Source of the DNA: Thermoplasmatota archaeon | Lineage (GTDB): Archaea; Thermoplasmatota; Thermoplasmata; UBA10834 | Direction: 5' to 3' | DNA length: 64,000 nucleotides | Assembly: GCA_018818785.1 (NCBI GenBank) | Contig: JAHIRF010000005.1 | Span: 207,093-271,092 of the forward strand | In this document: in pieces, positions 1 to 9,239 of the stretch | Position numbering within the stretch: the stretch's first letter is position 1 | Layout of the letters: each line of letters opens with the position of its first letter | Translations under genes and position numbers: made by a program | Notes under the pieces: generated by a model | Database searches by the model: none | What the model was told of the DNA's origin: nothing | Seen by the model: the letters and a program-made list of their open reading frames with translations, nothing else

Positions 1-3000
1 GGGTCACGAAGTGGAAGGACTGGTCAAGCATAAGGTCGGGGCTTAAGGACTACTTCGCGAACAGTCGAGCGCCGATCCTTTACGCGCTTCTCGCGGGTAT
101 CGCCTACGGCGTGCTGATGATGACCTGGGTGGGATTCGCGTATGTGACGGTCCTCATACTGGTCTATTACATCGCGCAGTTGTTGTTCAACAAGTTCAAG
201 AACCAGGATTCGACAAGCGTCACCATTCTGATGCTCTTCGCGTTCGGCATCGGTTACATCATTGCGCTCCCGTACTACATCAACTACTACGATTCCTTCA
301 TGGAGATCCGTTTCCTCGTGCCAGTCTACCTGACGATCGGTGCCATGGCCTTCGGAGGGATGTTCGTGATCACCAGGGACTATCCATGGACTCTGAGCCT
401 GCCCGCGATTGGCGGAGTGCTCTCGGTCGGTGTCCTGAGTGTGCTGATACTCTACCCTGAGCTGGGTGAGGCGATCATCACCGGTGCGGGTTATTTCCAG
501 GCCAGCAAGCTGTACTCGACCATCGCTGAAGCGCGTGCACCCATATTCTCCGAGCTGGCGTTGTCGTTCGGCGTCGTGACATTCTTCATGTCTCTGATCG
601 GTCTCGTCTGGGCAGTCATCAAGATCCCGAAGCGCGCAACGACCGAATACATGTTCATCGTCGTCTGGCTCGCAGCCTCAATCTTCATGGCGATCTCCGC
701 TGGCAGGTTCATGTTCAACGCCGCGCCCGCCTTCGCATTGTCTGCTGGTTGGGTGCTGGTATTGATAATCGATGCACTCGATTTCGAGAGTGTGCGTAAG
801 ACCATGATGGGTGCTGGCGGCTCCTTCCTGACTGTGTTCAGGAAGAGTATCAAGATCAGGCACATCGTGGGCGTGCTCTTCCTTGCGTTCCTGGTCGTTC
901 TGCCAAATGTCTGGTACTCCGTGGACGCTGGGATGCCTTCTGAAGTCAAGCGGATGTACGACAAGCAGGTCTACTCGACACTGCCGAGTTTCATGCAGCA
1001 AGACAATTATGACGCGATAAACGGGACTTACTGGTACTTCGGTGCCTTCGGATACTCTTTGCCGCTTCCGACATACTACTTCCCTGCTGCCTGGGACTGG
1101 TTTTCTGAACAGGACACCGACGTGGTTCCAGCTTCGAGCAAACCCGCATATGCTGCGTGGTGGGACTACGGTTTCGAAGCCATCGATGTAGGTGAGCACC
1201 CTGCAGTGGCAGATAACTTCCAGAACGGCTATCGGATGACTGGTAATATCATCCTCGCTCAGAGTGAGGATGAGGCCATCGCCCTGTTCGCATACCGATT
1301 GATCGAAGTGGGCCTCTCCAAGAGCGAAGATATGGAAGCCGGCATAATGACACTTCTCGAGAGCTACGGCATCTCGTCAGAGAGGATGTCTGAAATACGG
1401 TTTGGTTCCGGACAGGCACTCATAGACGAGGTGCTTGCGGATCCAGATATGTACGGTCCGATGTCCTCTGATTTGGATGTCGAGAACGCCCGTATCACCG
1501 TTGGTCGTGTCGAACTCTCGAAGATCGGAACGGACCTCCTGGTGGCTCTATACGATGATTTGTGCGCCTTCACTGGCTGGGAGATCAGGTACTTCAATGT
1601 GGACTCAAGGATGTTCCCTCTCTCAGGGTCGAGCACCGGCATATTCTATGCTCCCGCCAAACTCGCTGACCGAAGGTTCGCGGAAGGGTCCTCGATACCA
1701 TACGACTTCTTCCGCATCGTCGCCGTGGACTCCAGCGGGGTACAGCACGAGCTCGAGGATCTCACGTACAATATGAACATCGTGAGTTACGAGGTAGTCT
1801 ACACAGAGATGTTCTACAACAGCATGTTCTACGCAGCCATGTGTGGCTTCAGCGGCTCCGACATCGGCCTCGAGGACGCGGGTCTGCCCGGTTACTCGGG
1901 AGATATCCAGAGCGAGACGCCGATGCCTGGATGGAACATGACTCACTTCCGGATGGTCTACAGGACTGCCTATTACAATCCGTACCCGACAGCCGAGATA
2001 CCTTATCACTCCGATGCGACCATCGCGATAAGCTACGATGAGGCGCTCGAGATAAGCGAGAAGATCGCGAACGGCGAGATGGAAGGATACGTATACGCTC
2101 CTGCTTCTGCCTACCAGAGCGGCACGGTGTTCTTGGAGTACTACCACGGTGCATATGTCAACGGAACTGTCACCACAGAGGAAGAATACCCTGTCGAGGG
2201 ATTGGTGGTGACGATACTGGACGAGTACGGCATACCGCACCATGTGACCACAACCAACTCTGAGGGCGAGTATTCTCTGCTCGCTCCGTTCGGGAACGTC
2301 ACGGTCGTGATCTCGCAAGGTTCGTACATGACGACCTCGCTGATAGGCACAAACGAGATCGATTACATTCAGTTCGATGTCACGGACGACCAGGCGATGA
2401 GAGTGAAACAGGACCTGAACGGTGACGGGATACTAGACTACATAATCACCAAAGATTTCGTGATGGCCAGCACACCAGTGTCGGGCGATATCTTCTGGGA
2501 TGTCGACAAGGAAGGCAATTACACCGTGGGCACGGACGAGCTAATCTCCGATGTTACCGTGGTCGCAGTCGATACCGTCTCCGGCAGGGCTTACACATTC
2601 GACGCCTCCGAAGGCACATATGAGGGTATGCTTCCACCGGGCCAATACGATTTCAGCGCGATAATGTTCGGCAAGAATCTGACGAACGCTGCGATGGCTG
2701 ATGTCAAGGCCAACTCTGAATTCACACTCGACCTGCCAATCGTACCTGGCATAATCGTAGGCTACGCCAGCTATGTCGATGGTGAACCTGCAGCAGGCGT
2801 GGAACTTGTGCTTTCCGATATAGCGTCGGACATGCAGTTCGTCACGGTCACGGGCGAGAACGGCGAATACCTGTTCGATCGGGTCCTCGAAGCCAAGTTC
2901 AGGCTTCAGACGACAGAGCCTGGACTGATAGTGTTCGATGAGAAGTTCTCCGTCACGACCTACACCGAGGCGCGGAACATCACCGTCTACGACAAGGTCT

Positions 3001-5930
3001 CGATATCGTACAGGGCAACCGTCGACGGTGCTGCCGCAGCCTATGCTTCGTACCAGGTCTCGGATGACTATGATGCGTCCGAGTACCTTACCGGAAGCGC
3101 GGACAAATACGGAAAGATCAAACTCGACCTTCCGGTGGGACACTTTAGTCTATACGTCACATACAACTCAGGTGAAGTGACTTACGCAGGATCAATCGCG
3201 ATAGATGCGAGCATATCGTCTACGGGCACGCTCGCACTCGCACAATCCTACAGAATCGTTGGCGGACTCCTGTCCCCTAGCGGATCCGTGGTGAAGAATT
3301 GCCATGTCACATTCACATCGGAGAACGGCGCAAGGATCCCTGTCCAGAGCGACAAATATGGTGGTCTGGAGATATGGCTTCCAGCCGGCACGTACGCCGT
3401 AACTGCGTCCTCTATGGCAGAGGGCGGCATCTACTCATCCACTATCACGGTCAGTTCGAACATCGTCGGAACCAGCTTCAAGATGTCCACCGCGATCGCG
3501 ATATCCGGGACTCTGTACATGGACTCCAATAGCGATGGAGCGATATCCTTGTCTGAGGCTGGTTTGGGTGGACTCATGATCTCCACCGACTCCTTCGGAA
3601 GGACGCACTATTGGAGAGCGTATGCAGATGGTACATTCTCCATCATGATTCAGAAAGGTATCAAGACGGTCCTCACGAGTGGAAATGATGGATACTCGTC
3701 CTGGTCCAGCAGCATCCTCTTCGGCAGCGATGTCTCAGACACATCGTTAATAATGGTGCCGGACAAAGTGGTCATCACCGGCAAGGTGACCATGGGCTCC
3801 ATCGGCATCAGAGCAGTCGATATCCTGTTCGACCCAACGAGCACTAGCATATCTCCAGTCACCGTGGTGTCCGGAACGAACGGATACTTCTCCGTGGCAA
3901 TCAATCCATCGGAGTACACGGTCATAATCGATCAGGAATCATCCATCGTCGAGGGTCAGTGGTATCAGTACGAATCGGATATCGAGATATTGCCAGGTTC
4001 GGCATCCACGACTCTGAACCTCCCCGTGATCACGCGAGTCGAGGTTTCTGGAAACATACTCGGGGCATCGTCTGATTTGAGAGTCAGCTTCACAGGGCCT
4101 GAAACCAAGGAACAGTCGCTCGACCTATTCAGCTATTCCATGCTTCTGATTCCGGGCACATACGACGTGTATGCGAGCGGCATCACTGGCAGCTCTAGCT
4201 ACGCTCAGATGCTCTCTTTCGATGTGTCCATCGACTCTCGTGTGTGCGATATCCACCTTGAGCTTGCCCACAAGCTGTCGGGGGCCATAACCCTAGAGAG
4301 CTCCACTGTGACCAAGCCGATCTCTATCACAGCTACCTCGCTGTTCGGCGTCCAGATATCCGACAAATCCTCAAGTTCTGGAGTCTACAGCCTGACTCTG
4401 CCTCAAGGGACCTATGTCGTCTCGTATCTTTTGGAGAGCACTCTGGCGGATGCATCCGGCACGAGGTACATCGAATACTATGACGAATCGATCGTCGAGA
4501 TGAGCTCATATGACGTCGTCGAGAGTCCAGAGCTTTTCATGCGGTTCGACAACACGACCTTGAGCGGACAGGTCGTCAATGAATACGGCACGCCTGTGAC
4601 GGCGTTCGTTCAGCTGACCCCTAACGGAGACTACGGCATCGCGACATCGTTCGCAACATCGTCCTCAGGTTCGTTCTCGGCCAAGGTTCAGCCGGGAGAC
4701 TATACGATGTACGTCACGAGGTCGACTGACAAGCGTGTATCTATCAGCTATCTTCACATAGCTCGGAACACGCCAGTCGAACAGACGGTTACGCTCTCGG
4801 TCGGAGTATACCTGAAGGGTACGCTGACAGTCGCAGGTTCGGCATCGCAGGAGACCGTTATGATCTCCAGTGGGGAGACGATACTAAGTCTCGTACCAGG
4901 AGCGGACGGATTCTTCAACGCGCTCGTGCCTAGTGGTGAGTTCATGGTCAGCTCTTCTGCCTCCAGGGTCGAAGGCGGCATGACCGTGAGCTACGGCCTC
5001 TCGAAGGACGTGGCCATGAACAAGAGCGATGTCTTTGTCAACCTGGCTCTGGTCCGGGACACGGAACGTTCGGTCGTCGGAAGCTGGAATCCCACTGCGC
5101 TCAAGACGGTCGCGCTCGGAGGGGAGGTCAGCTATGTGATCGCCCTCGAGAACACGGGAAACGTCGCAGATACCTACATACTCTCATACTCGGGCAGCGA
5201 CTTCGAAGTGACCTTCGAGCCGGCCCAGGTGTACGCAGATTACGGCACTTACGGCGATATGGTATACGTCATCGCGAAGATAATTGTCGGCGACTCGCTC
5301 GAAGCGGGGAACAATACACTCACTGTGACCGCGAAGTCGGATTCCCAGAGCAGCATCCGGTCTGATATCAACATGATCGTGAACGTGCTGCCGTCCCACT
5401 CAGTGATGATCGAAAGCGCGAATATTGGCGAACCCGTCGACGGGAACAGCACCACCACTACATTCGTCGTGACCAATACCGGCAATGTCGCTGATGAGTT
5501 CACACTCGAGATCTCCAACCTGGAGTCGCTCGCTGGATCCGGCTGGACAGCGGAGATCGTGGATGTCAAGACGGACGAGGAAGTGACATCCGTCGAGCTA
5601 GATGCATTTGAAGAGGCGGAGCTCAAGGTAATATTCACGAGCATTCGCGTGACCCCTGACCCGAAAGTAGGAGCGGTCGTTCTGGCGGTCTCTACAGTCA
5701 ACGACGGAATCGAGTCGCAAGGCACGGTAGCAGTCAAGCTGCCGGACCTCGTAGTGGGTGTCGGCGATCTCGAGGTCGAACGGGACGACGTTTCGTATGT
5801 GTATGACGCGAGCCGCCTGTACCTGGATGTGTTGCTTGCAGCCATGCTCGCAGCTCTCGTGGCGATGTTCTTCATAATGAGACGCCGCAAAGGTCTCGGC
5901 AGATCATCTGAAAAGGGGGGTAAGAAATGA
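1..5930 (+). CDS. aglB: AglB/STT3-type oligosaccharyltransferase fused to a ~1250-aa extracellular beta-sandwich repeat region and a C-terminal membrane anchor; the 5' end probably lies left of the window
   Basis: The ORF-track frame (111..5930) has no stop codon back to nt 3, so the gene is likely 5'-partial. The N-terminal third is polytopic and hydrophobic. The WWDYG catalytic motif is at nt 1158-1172. About ten carboxypeptidase-regulatory-like units follow by eye (e.g. GLVVTILDEYGIPHHVTTTNSEGEYSLLAPFGNVTVV, GVELVLSDIASDMQFVTVTGENGEYLFDRV, VTAFVQLTPNGDYGIATSFATSSSGSFSAKVQPGDYTMYV). Then come two CARDB/DUF11-like units (ALENTGNVADTYIL, VVTNTGNVADEFTL) and a terminal hydrophobic helix followed by RRRKG. 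Confidence 0.85.
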   Translation, partial: VTKWKDWSSIRSGLKDYFANSRAPILYALLAGIAYGVLMMTWVGFAYVTVLILVYYIAQLLFNKFKNQDSTSVTILMLFAFGIGYIIALPYYINYYDSFMEIRFLVPVYLTIGAMAFGGMFVITRDYPWTLSLPAIGGVLSVGVLSVLILYPELGEAIITGAGYFQASKLYSTIAEARAPIFSELALSFGVVTFFMSLIGLVWAVIKIPKRATTEYMFIVVWLAASIFMAISAGRFMFNAAPAFALSAGWVLVLIIDALDFESVRKTMMGAGGSFLTVFRKSIKIRHIVGVLFLAFLVVLPNVWYSVDAGMPSEVKRMYDKQVYSTLPSFMQQDNYDAINGTYWYFGAFGYSLPLPTYYFPAAWDWFSEQDTDVVPASSKPAYAAWWDYGFEAIDVGEHPAVADNFQNGYRMTGNIILAQSEDEAIALFAYRLIEVGLSKSEDMEAGIMTLLESYGISSERMSEIRFGSGQALIDEVLADPDMYGPMSSDLDVENARITVGRVELSKIGTDLLVALYDDLCAFTGWEIRYFNVDSRMFPLSGSSTGIFYAPAKLADRRFAEGSSIPYDFFRIVAVDSSGVQHELEDLTYNMNIVSYEVVYTEMFYNSMFYAAMCGFSGSDIGLEDAGLPGYSGDIQSETPMPGWNMTHFRMVYRTAYYNPYPTAEIPYHSDATIAISYDEALEISEKIANGEMEGYVYAPASAYQSGTVFLEYYHGAYVNGTVTTEEEYPVEGLVVTILDEYGIPHHVTTTNSEGEYSLLAPFGNVTVVISQGSYMTTSLIGTNEIDYIQFDVTDDQAMRVKQDLNGDGILDYIITKDFVMASTPVSGDIFWDVDKEGNYTVGTDELISDVTVVAVDTVSGRAYTFDASEGTYEGMLPPGQYDFSAIMFGKNLTNAAMADVKANSEFTLDLPIVPGIIVGYASYVDGEPAAGVELVLSDIASDMQFVTVTGENGEYLFDRVLEAKFRLQTTEPGLIVFDEKFSVTTYTEARNITVYDKVSISYRATVDGAAAAYASYQVSDDYDASEYLTGSADKYGKIKLDLPVGHFSLYVTYNSGEVTYAGSIAIDASISSTGTLALAQSYRIVGGLLSPSGSVVKNCHVTFTSENGARIPVQSDKYGGLEIWLPAGTYAVTASSMAEGGIYSSTITVSSNIVGTSFKMSTAIAISGTLYMDSNSDGAISLSEAGLGGLMISTDSFGRTHYWRAYADGTFSIMIQKGIKTVLTSGNDGYSSWSSSILFGSDVSDTSLIMVPDKVVITGKVTMGSIGIRAVDILFDPTSTSISPVTVVSGTNGYFSVAINPSEYTVIIDQESSIVEGQWYQYESDIEILPGSASTTLNLPVITRVEVSGNILGASSDLRVSFTGPETKEQSLDLFSYSMLLIPGTYDVYASGITGSSSYAQMLSFDVSIDSRVCDIHLELAHKLSGAITLESSTVTKPISITATSLFGVQISDKSSSSGVYSLTLPQGTYVVSYLLESTLADASGTRYIEYYDESIVEMSSYDVVESPELFMRFDNTTLSGQVVNEYGTPVTAFVQLTPNGDYGIATSFATSSSGSFSAKVQPGDYTMYVTRSTDKRVSISYLHIARNTPVEQTVTLSVGVYLKGTLTVAGSASQETVMISSGETILSLVPGADGFFNALVPSGEFMVSSSASRVEGGMTVSYGLSKDVAMNKSDVFVNLALVRDTERSVVGSWNPTALKTVALGGEVSYVIALENTGNVADTYILSYSGSDFEVTFEPAQVYADYGTYGDMVYVIAKIIVGDSLEAGNNTLTVTAKSDSQSSIRSDINMIVNVLPSHSVMIESANIGEPVDGNSTTTTFVVTNTGNVADEFTLEISNLESLAGSGWTAEIVDVKTDEEVTSVELDAFEEAELKVIFTSIRVTPDPKVGAVVLAVSTVNDGIESQGTVAVKLPDLVVGVGDLEVERDDVSYVYDASRLYLDVLLAAMLAALVAMFFIMRRRKGLGRSSEKGGKK

Positions 5931-6727
5931 AGGCCTTCGCAGTCCGAGCGATGACATTGGCAGTGATGACCCTCATGGTTCTGGCACTATGCGTGGTCGC
6001 GTTTGATCGCGCATCGACCAATGTGACCGCATACTCTCCGATCACGGTCTCCGTCGAAGTCGCCGCCGCGGCGGAGAAGTCTGCTATCATCCCAGGCAAG
6101 ATCACCATCGTGGGCGGTCCCGCAGCCGATGGATCGGGTAATTACTCGTACAAGGCGGAGATCATCGCTGACAACAAGACGGGCTCATCGGTCTCGCCGA
6201 GCACGGGCACATCCTCATCCGGCAAGTTCGGACTGAACATCACCATGCCCGGGTACGGTCCTCAGACAATCACGCTGAAGGTCAACGTGACCTCGAAGAA
6301 CTCGGCCACGGGCGACAGTGTCAGCAAGATACACGAAGTGGAGATCAAGGTCGTCGACCCTATCATCCTGAGCGTCACCGTCCACAACACCGGTGTGGTC
6401 GATGCTAAGAATGTCACGGCGAGATTCTACGCCGATGGGATACTCCTGAACACGCAGATATTCAATGTATCCGCCGGTTCGTCCAAGGTGCTCAGACAGA
6501 ACTGGACCTGGGTCAATGTCGCGAATGGCGAACATGTCGTATCCGTGATAATCGACGACCCGAAAGGGATCGTGGAGTTCAGCGACGGGAACAATGTCTA
6601 TTCGATGACAGTCTACATCGGAGAGCAGAGCAACCCAATCGGCGGCGTGCTGACGATCGGCGTGATCATCATGTCTGTGCTCGTGGGATTGACAATGCTG
6701 ACCAAGCCGACCCGCAAGAAGAAGTGA
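5927..6727 (+). CDS. Secreted/membrane-anchored CARDB-like surface protein, rich in N-glycosylation sequons
   Basis: ATGA overlap with the aglB stop. N-terminal signal/anchor MKAFAVRAMTLAVMTLMVLALCVVAF. CARDB-like unit SVTVHNTGVVDAKNVTARFYADG...GEHVVSVIIDD. C-terminal hydrophobic helix plus RKKK. Eight N-x-S/T sequons counted by hand. Confidence 0.8.
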   Translation: MKAFAVRAMTLAVMTLMVLALCVVAFDRASTNVTAYSPITVSVEVAAAAEKSAIIPGKITIVGGPAADGSGNYSYKAEIIADNKTGSSVSPSTGTSSSGKFGLNITMPGYGPQTITLKVNVTSKNSATGDSVSKIHEVEIKVVDPIILSVTVHNTGVVDAKNVTARFYADGILLNTQIFNVSAGSSKVLRQNWTWVNVANGEHVVSVIIDDPKGIVEFSDGNNVYSMTVYIGEQSNPIGGVLTIGVIIMSVLVGLTMLTKPTRKKK

Positions 6728-6791
6728 TCTAGGGCGGACGAGATATGGTACTATTCCCTATCTGGGATAGATATTATATCGCAGAAGCTCT

Positions 6792-7142
6792 TTGTGGCCA
6801 GTCAAGGAAGTGAGGCCTCTGTCAGAAGACATCGTACATCTTACGGATGCGAATTTCGAGACCGTCGTGAAATCCTCAGATAAGCTGATAATTGACTGTT
6901 GGGCACCATGGTGTGGTCCTTGCAGGATGCTCGCGCCGACGTTCGAAGCGCTCGCGAAGGATTACAAGGGCAAGGTCACCTTCGCCAAGCTCGACACGGA
7001 CGAGGCTCCTAAGATTGCGATGTCCATGGGCATCAACAGCATACCGACCTTGATATTCTTCAAGGGCGGGAATCAGGTCGAGAGGATGACCGGTGCTCAT
7101 CCGAGGACGAGCATCGAGAACACGATGAAGAAACACTTCTGA
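6792..7142 (+). CDS. trxA: Thioredoxin
   Basis: WCGPC active-site motif and typical length (~110 aa). The start is TTG at 6792 or GTG at 6810. Confidence 0.9.
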   Translation: MWPVKEVRPLSEDIVHLTDANFETVVKSSDKLIIDCWAPWCGPCRMLAPTFEALAKDYKGKVTFAKLDTDEAPKIAMSMGINSIPTLIFFKGGNQVERMTGAHPRTSIENTMKKHF

Positions 7143-7164
7143 TCGTTTTCGGAAGTGCCGCTCC

Positions 7165-7791
7165 TCAAAACTTCTTCAACACCTCTTCCAACTTTTCCTG
7201 AAGGTTCTTCGCGCTAGCGGCGACCGCCACCTCTCCACGCGTCTTCTCCAGCAGGCTCCTCGCGATATCCTGCTTCCGCCTTATGGCGACGATCGCATCG
7301 GGATAATCGAACCTCATCAGTGCCGTGTACAGGTCCTCCATCCTGTCCAGGAAGTAGTTCGCCCTGATCACGTTACTTCTCTTCAGCTCGTCCAGGGCGA
7401 GGCGTCTCAGCTCCCCGACCGAGTCCCCGAGCGCGAGCAGGTAGGCGACGCTGGATACCCCTAGGTCGTCCGGTGATGGCACATCATCCTTCTCTAAGAT
7501 TGACAGGATTATTCCAACCTCTGCATACTCCTGGAACGCGCTCTCCACATATCCGGCGGACCATAGGTCCGGATGGTCTGTGATGAGACTGGACAGCATA
7601 GAAGCCTCGTCCTTCAGATCATCCAGGGCTTCGGCGATATCCTCGTCCCTGTGGATGCTCTTCATTATCCCTCCTGACAGTCTTACGACCGTCCTGGACG
7701 ATTTCAGGGCGACCTCTCTGATCTGGTCCTTCTCGTCGAGCTCCTCTTCTATCTTCGTGACCACTTTCTCCAGGTTAATCACTTTGAGCAC
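7165..7791 (-). CDS. Translin-family protein (archaeal COG2178-like)
   Basis: Helical ~200-aa protein with QEYAE... and LALGDSVGELRRLALDEL, matching the translin GLxDxxGELxR signature. GTG start at 7791 or 7782, the latter a GTGA overlap with the purD stop. Confidence 0.6.
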   Translation of the reverse strand: MLKVINLEKVVTKIEEELDEKDQIREVALKSSRTVVRLSGGIMKSIHRDEDIAEALDDLKDEASMLSSLITDHPDLWSAGYVESAFQEYAEVGIILSILEKDDVPSPDDLGVSSVAYLLALGDSVGELRRLALDELKRSNVIRANYFLDRMEDLYTALMRFDYPDAIVAIRRKQDIARSLLEKTRGEVAVAASAKNLQEKLEEVLKKF

Positions 7792-9107
7792 CCTCTGATA
7801 TCATTCATCCTAACTACCTTCGCTTCCAGCATGGTCCGCTTGCCTATGTCGTGTCTCACGAATACATTGCCAGAGACATGCTTGATCGCGTTCTCCGCGA
7901 TCCTCTCTGCCTCGTATATCTCATCCGAGACGCCGACGATGCCGACAGACCTCGAGGTGGTGGTGTAGACCTTACCGTCCTTCTCGTTCACGCTGGAATA
8001 GTACAACACCGCGCCCTCGTCCGATATCCCCTTCTCATCGACCTTGATCTCCTCTCCTGCGAGAGGTTTGGAGCCGTATCCTGCAGGCACGACGTACTTG
8101 CAGACGGAGGCCTTCCTGTGGAACTGGTTGAGACCGTTCGCGAGGTTCCCATCTGCCATCCCCTGACATATCTTCACGAAGTCGCCCCGCAACAATGTGA
8201 GGACATTCATGGCCTCGGGATCCCCAAACCGTGCATTGAATTCGATGACCTTCGGGCCATCTTTCGTAAGCATGAACTGGCCGTACAGGGTCCCCTTGTA
8301 TGGTGCCCCTTCCTTCTTGAGGGCACCGACGGTCTGCTCTATGATAGACACCGCCTGATCATAATCGCCCCTGGTCAAGAAAGGCAGCAGTCCGTCGGAT
8401 TGCGAGTACGAGCCCATGCCTCCAGTATTCGGGCCTTTATCCCCCTCATAGGCCCTCTTGTGATCCTGGACCGCTGGCATGGGCAGTATCCTGGTGCCGT
8501 CGCAGAATGCCTGAAGTGTGAACTCCTCGCCGACCAGTTTCTCCTCGAGGACAATCTTGCTGCCGCCTATGCGATTCGATATTATCTCCTCCGAATAGCG
8601 CAGGATGTCTTCTTTGGTCATCATGTGCTCGCCGAAGACCTTCACTCCCTTCCCACCTGTGAGCCCGGTCGGCTTCACGACGACCTCGTTCCCGAGCTCG
8701 TCCAGGCCTGACTCGACCTCGTCAATCGTGTGGGCCTCGACGAACCTTACCGACCCCTTCAAACCATGTTCCCTCATCAGATTCCGCATGAAGATCTTCG
8801 AGGTCTCTATCCTTGCAGCATCCTTGCAGGGGCTGGCAGTGGGTATGCCCGCGCTCTCGAGCCCGTCCGCCAGGCCGACCTCCAGAGGCGCCTCCGGTCC
8901 GACGACCGCGAGCTCAACGCTCTTCTCCTTGGCGTACTCGACCACCTTCGCCACATCCATCTCGTCGACGTAGAATGTGTCCTTGGCGATCCTAGCGATG
9001 CCGGGATTCCTGTTCTTCATCGCGACGAATATGTCCGCGCCAGATCTCGCGAGTCCGCTCACGATCGCGTGTTCTCGGGCACCTCCACCAACGGCCAACA
9101 CTTTCAT
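7779..9107 (-). CDS. purD: Phosphoribosylamine--glycine ligase
   Basis: MKVLAVGGGAREHAI N-terminus, ATP-grasp core, GDPE motif (NARFGDPEAM). ATG at 9107. The ORF-track start at 9116 is a TTG three codons upstream. Confidence 0.93.
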   Translation of the reverse strand: MKVLAVGGGAREHAIVSGLARSGADIFVAMKNRNPGIARIAKDTFYVDEMDVAKVVEYAKEKSVELAVVGPEAPLEVGLADGLESAGIPTASPCKDAARIETSKIFMRNLMREHGLKGSVRFVEAHTIDEVESGLDELGNEVVVKPTGLTGGKGVKVFGEHMMTKEDILRYSEEIISNRIGGSKIVLEEKLVGEEFTLQAFCDGTRILPMPAVQDHKRAYEGDKGPNTGGMGSYSQSDGLLPFLTRGDYDQAVSIIEQTVGALKKEGAPYKGTLYGQFMLTKDGPKVIEFNARFGDPEAMNVLTLLRGDFVKICQGMADGNLANGLNQFHRKASVCKYVVPAGYGSKPLAGEEIKVDEKGISDEGAVLYYSSVNEKDGKVYTTTSRSVGIVGVSDEIYEAERIAENAIKHVSGNVFVRHDIGKRTMLEAKVVRMNDIRGCSK

Positions 9108-9239
9108 TATATGCAACCGGCCAGGGCATCAGGCTCAGGTCTTAAGAAGATTCTCTCTGGAACATTGTTTTTTCGGCCATCATCCTCCCTTCTGACGCTC
9201 AGCAAATCATTTAAGACGACTAACACCTTCTACCGCCCG

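Noticed and set aside
7851-8711. Long ORFs on the strand opposite well-supported genes, e.g. 7851-8711 (opposite purD), 5249-5890 (opposite aglB), 22189-23088 (opposite the MttB-like gene), 34896-35801 (opposite ftsZ) and 27850-28569 (opposite the NFACT gene).
   Set aside because: Each lies entirely antisense to a gene with clear family motifs. Their translations are Arg/Pro/Ser/Ala-rich with no motif, which is typical of shadow ORFs in moderately GC-rich coding DNA.
8730-9239. 5' extensions of ORF-track frames: gatD back to 8730, nfo back to 25467, iorB back to 46263, the small dehydratase subunit back to 50813 and rps17e back to 18207.
   Set aside because: The extensions overlap neighbouring genes and add non-homologous sequence. 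In each case an internal ATG reproduces the family-typical N-terminus, often with an ATGA-type junction.
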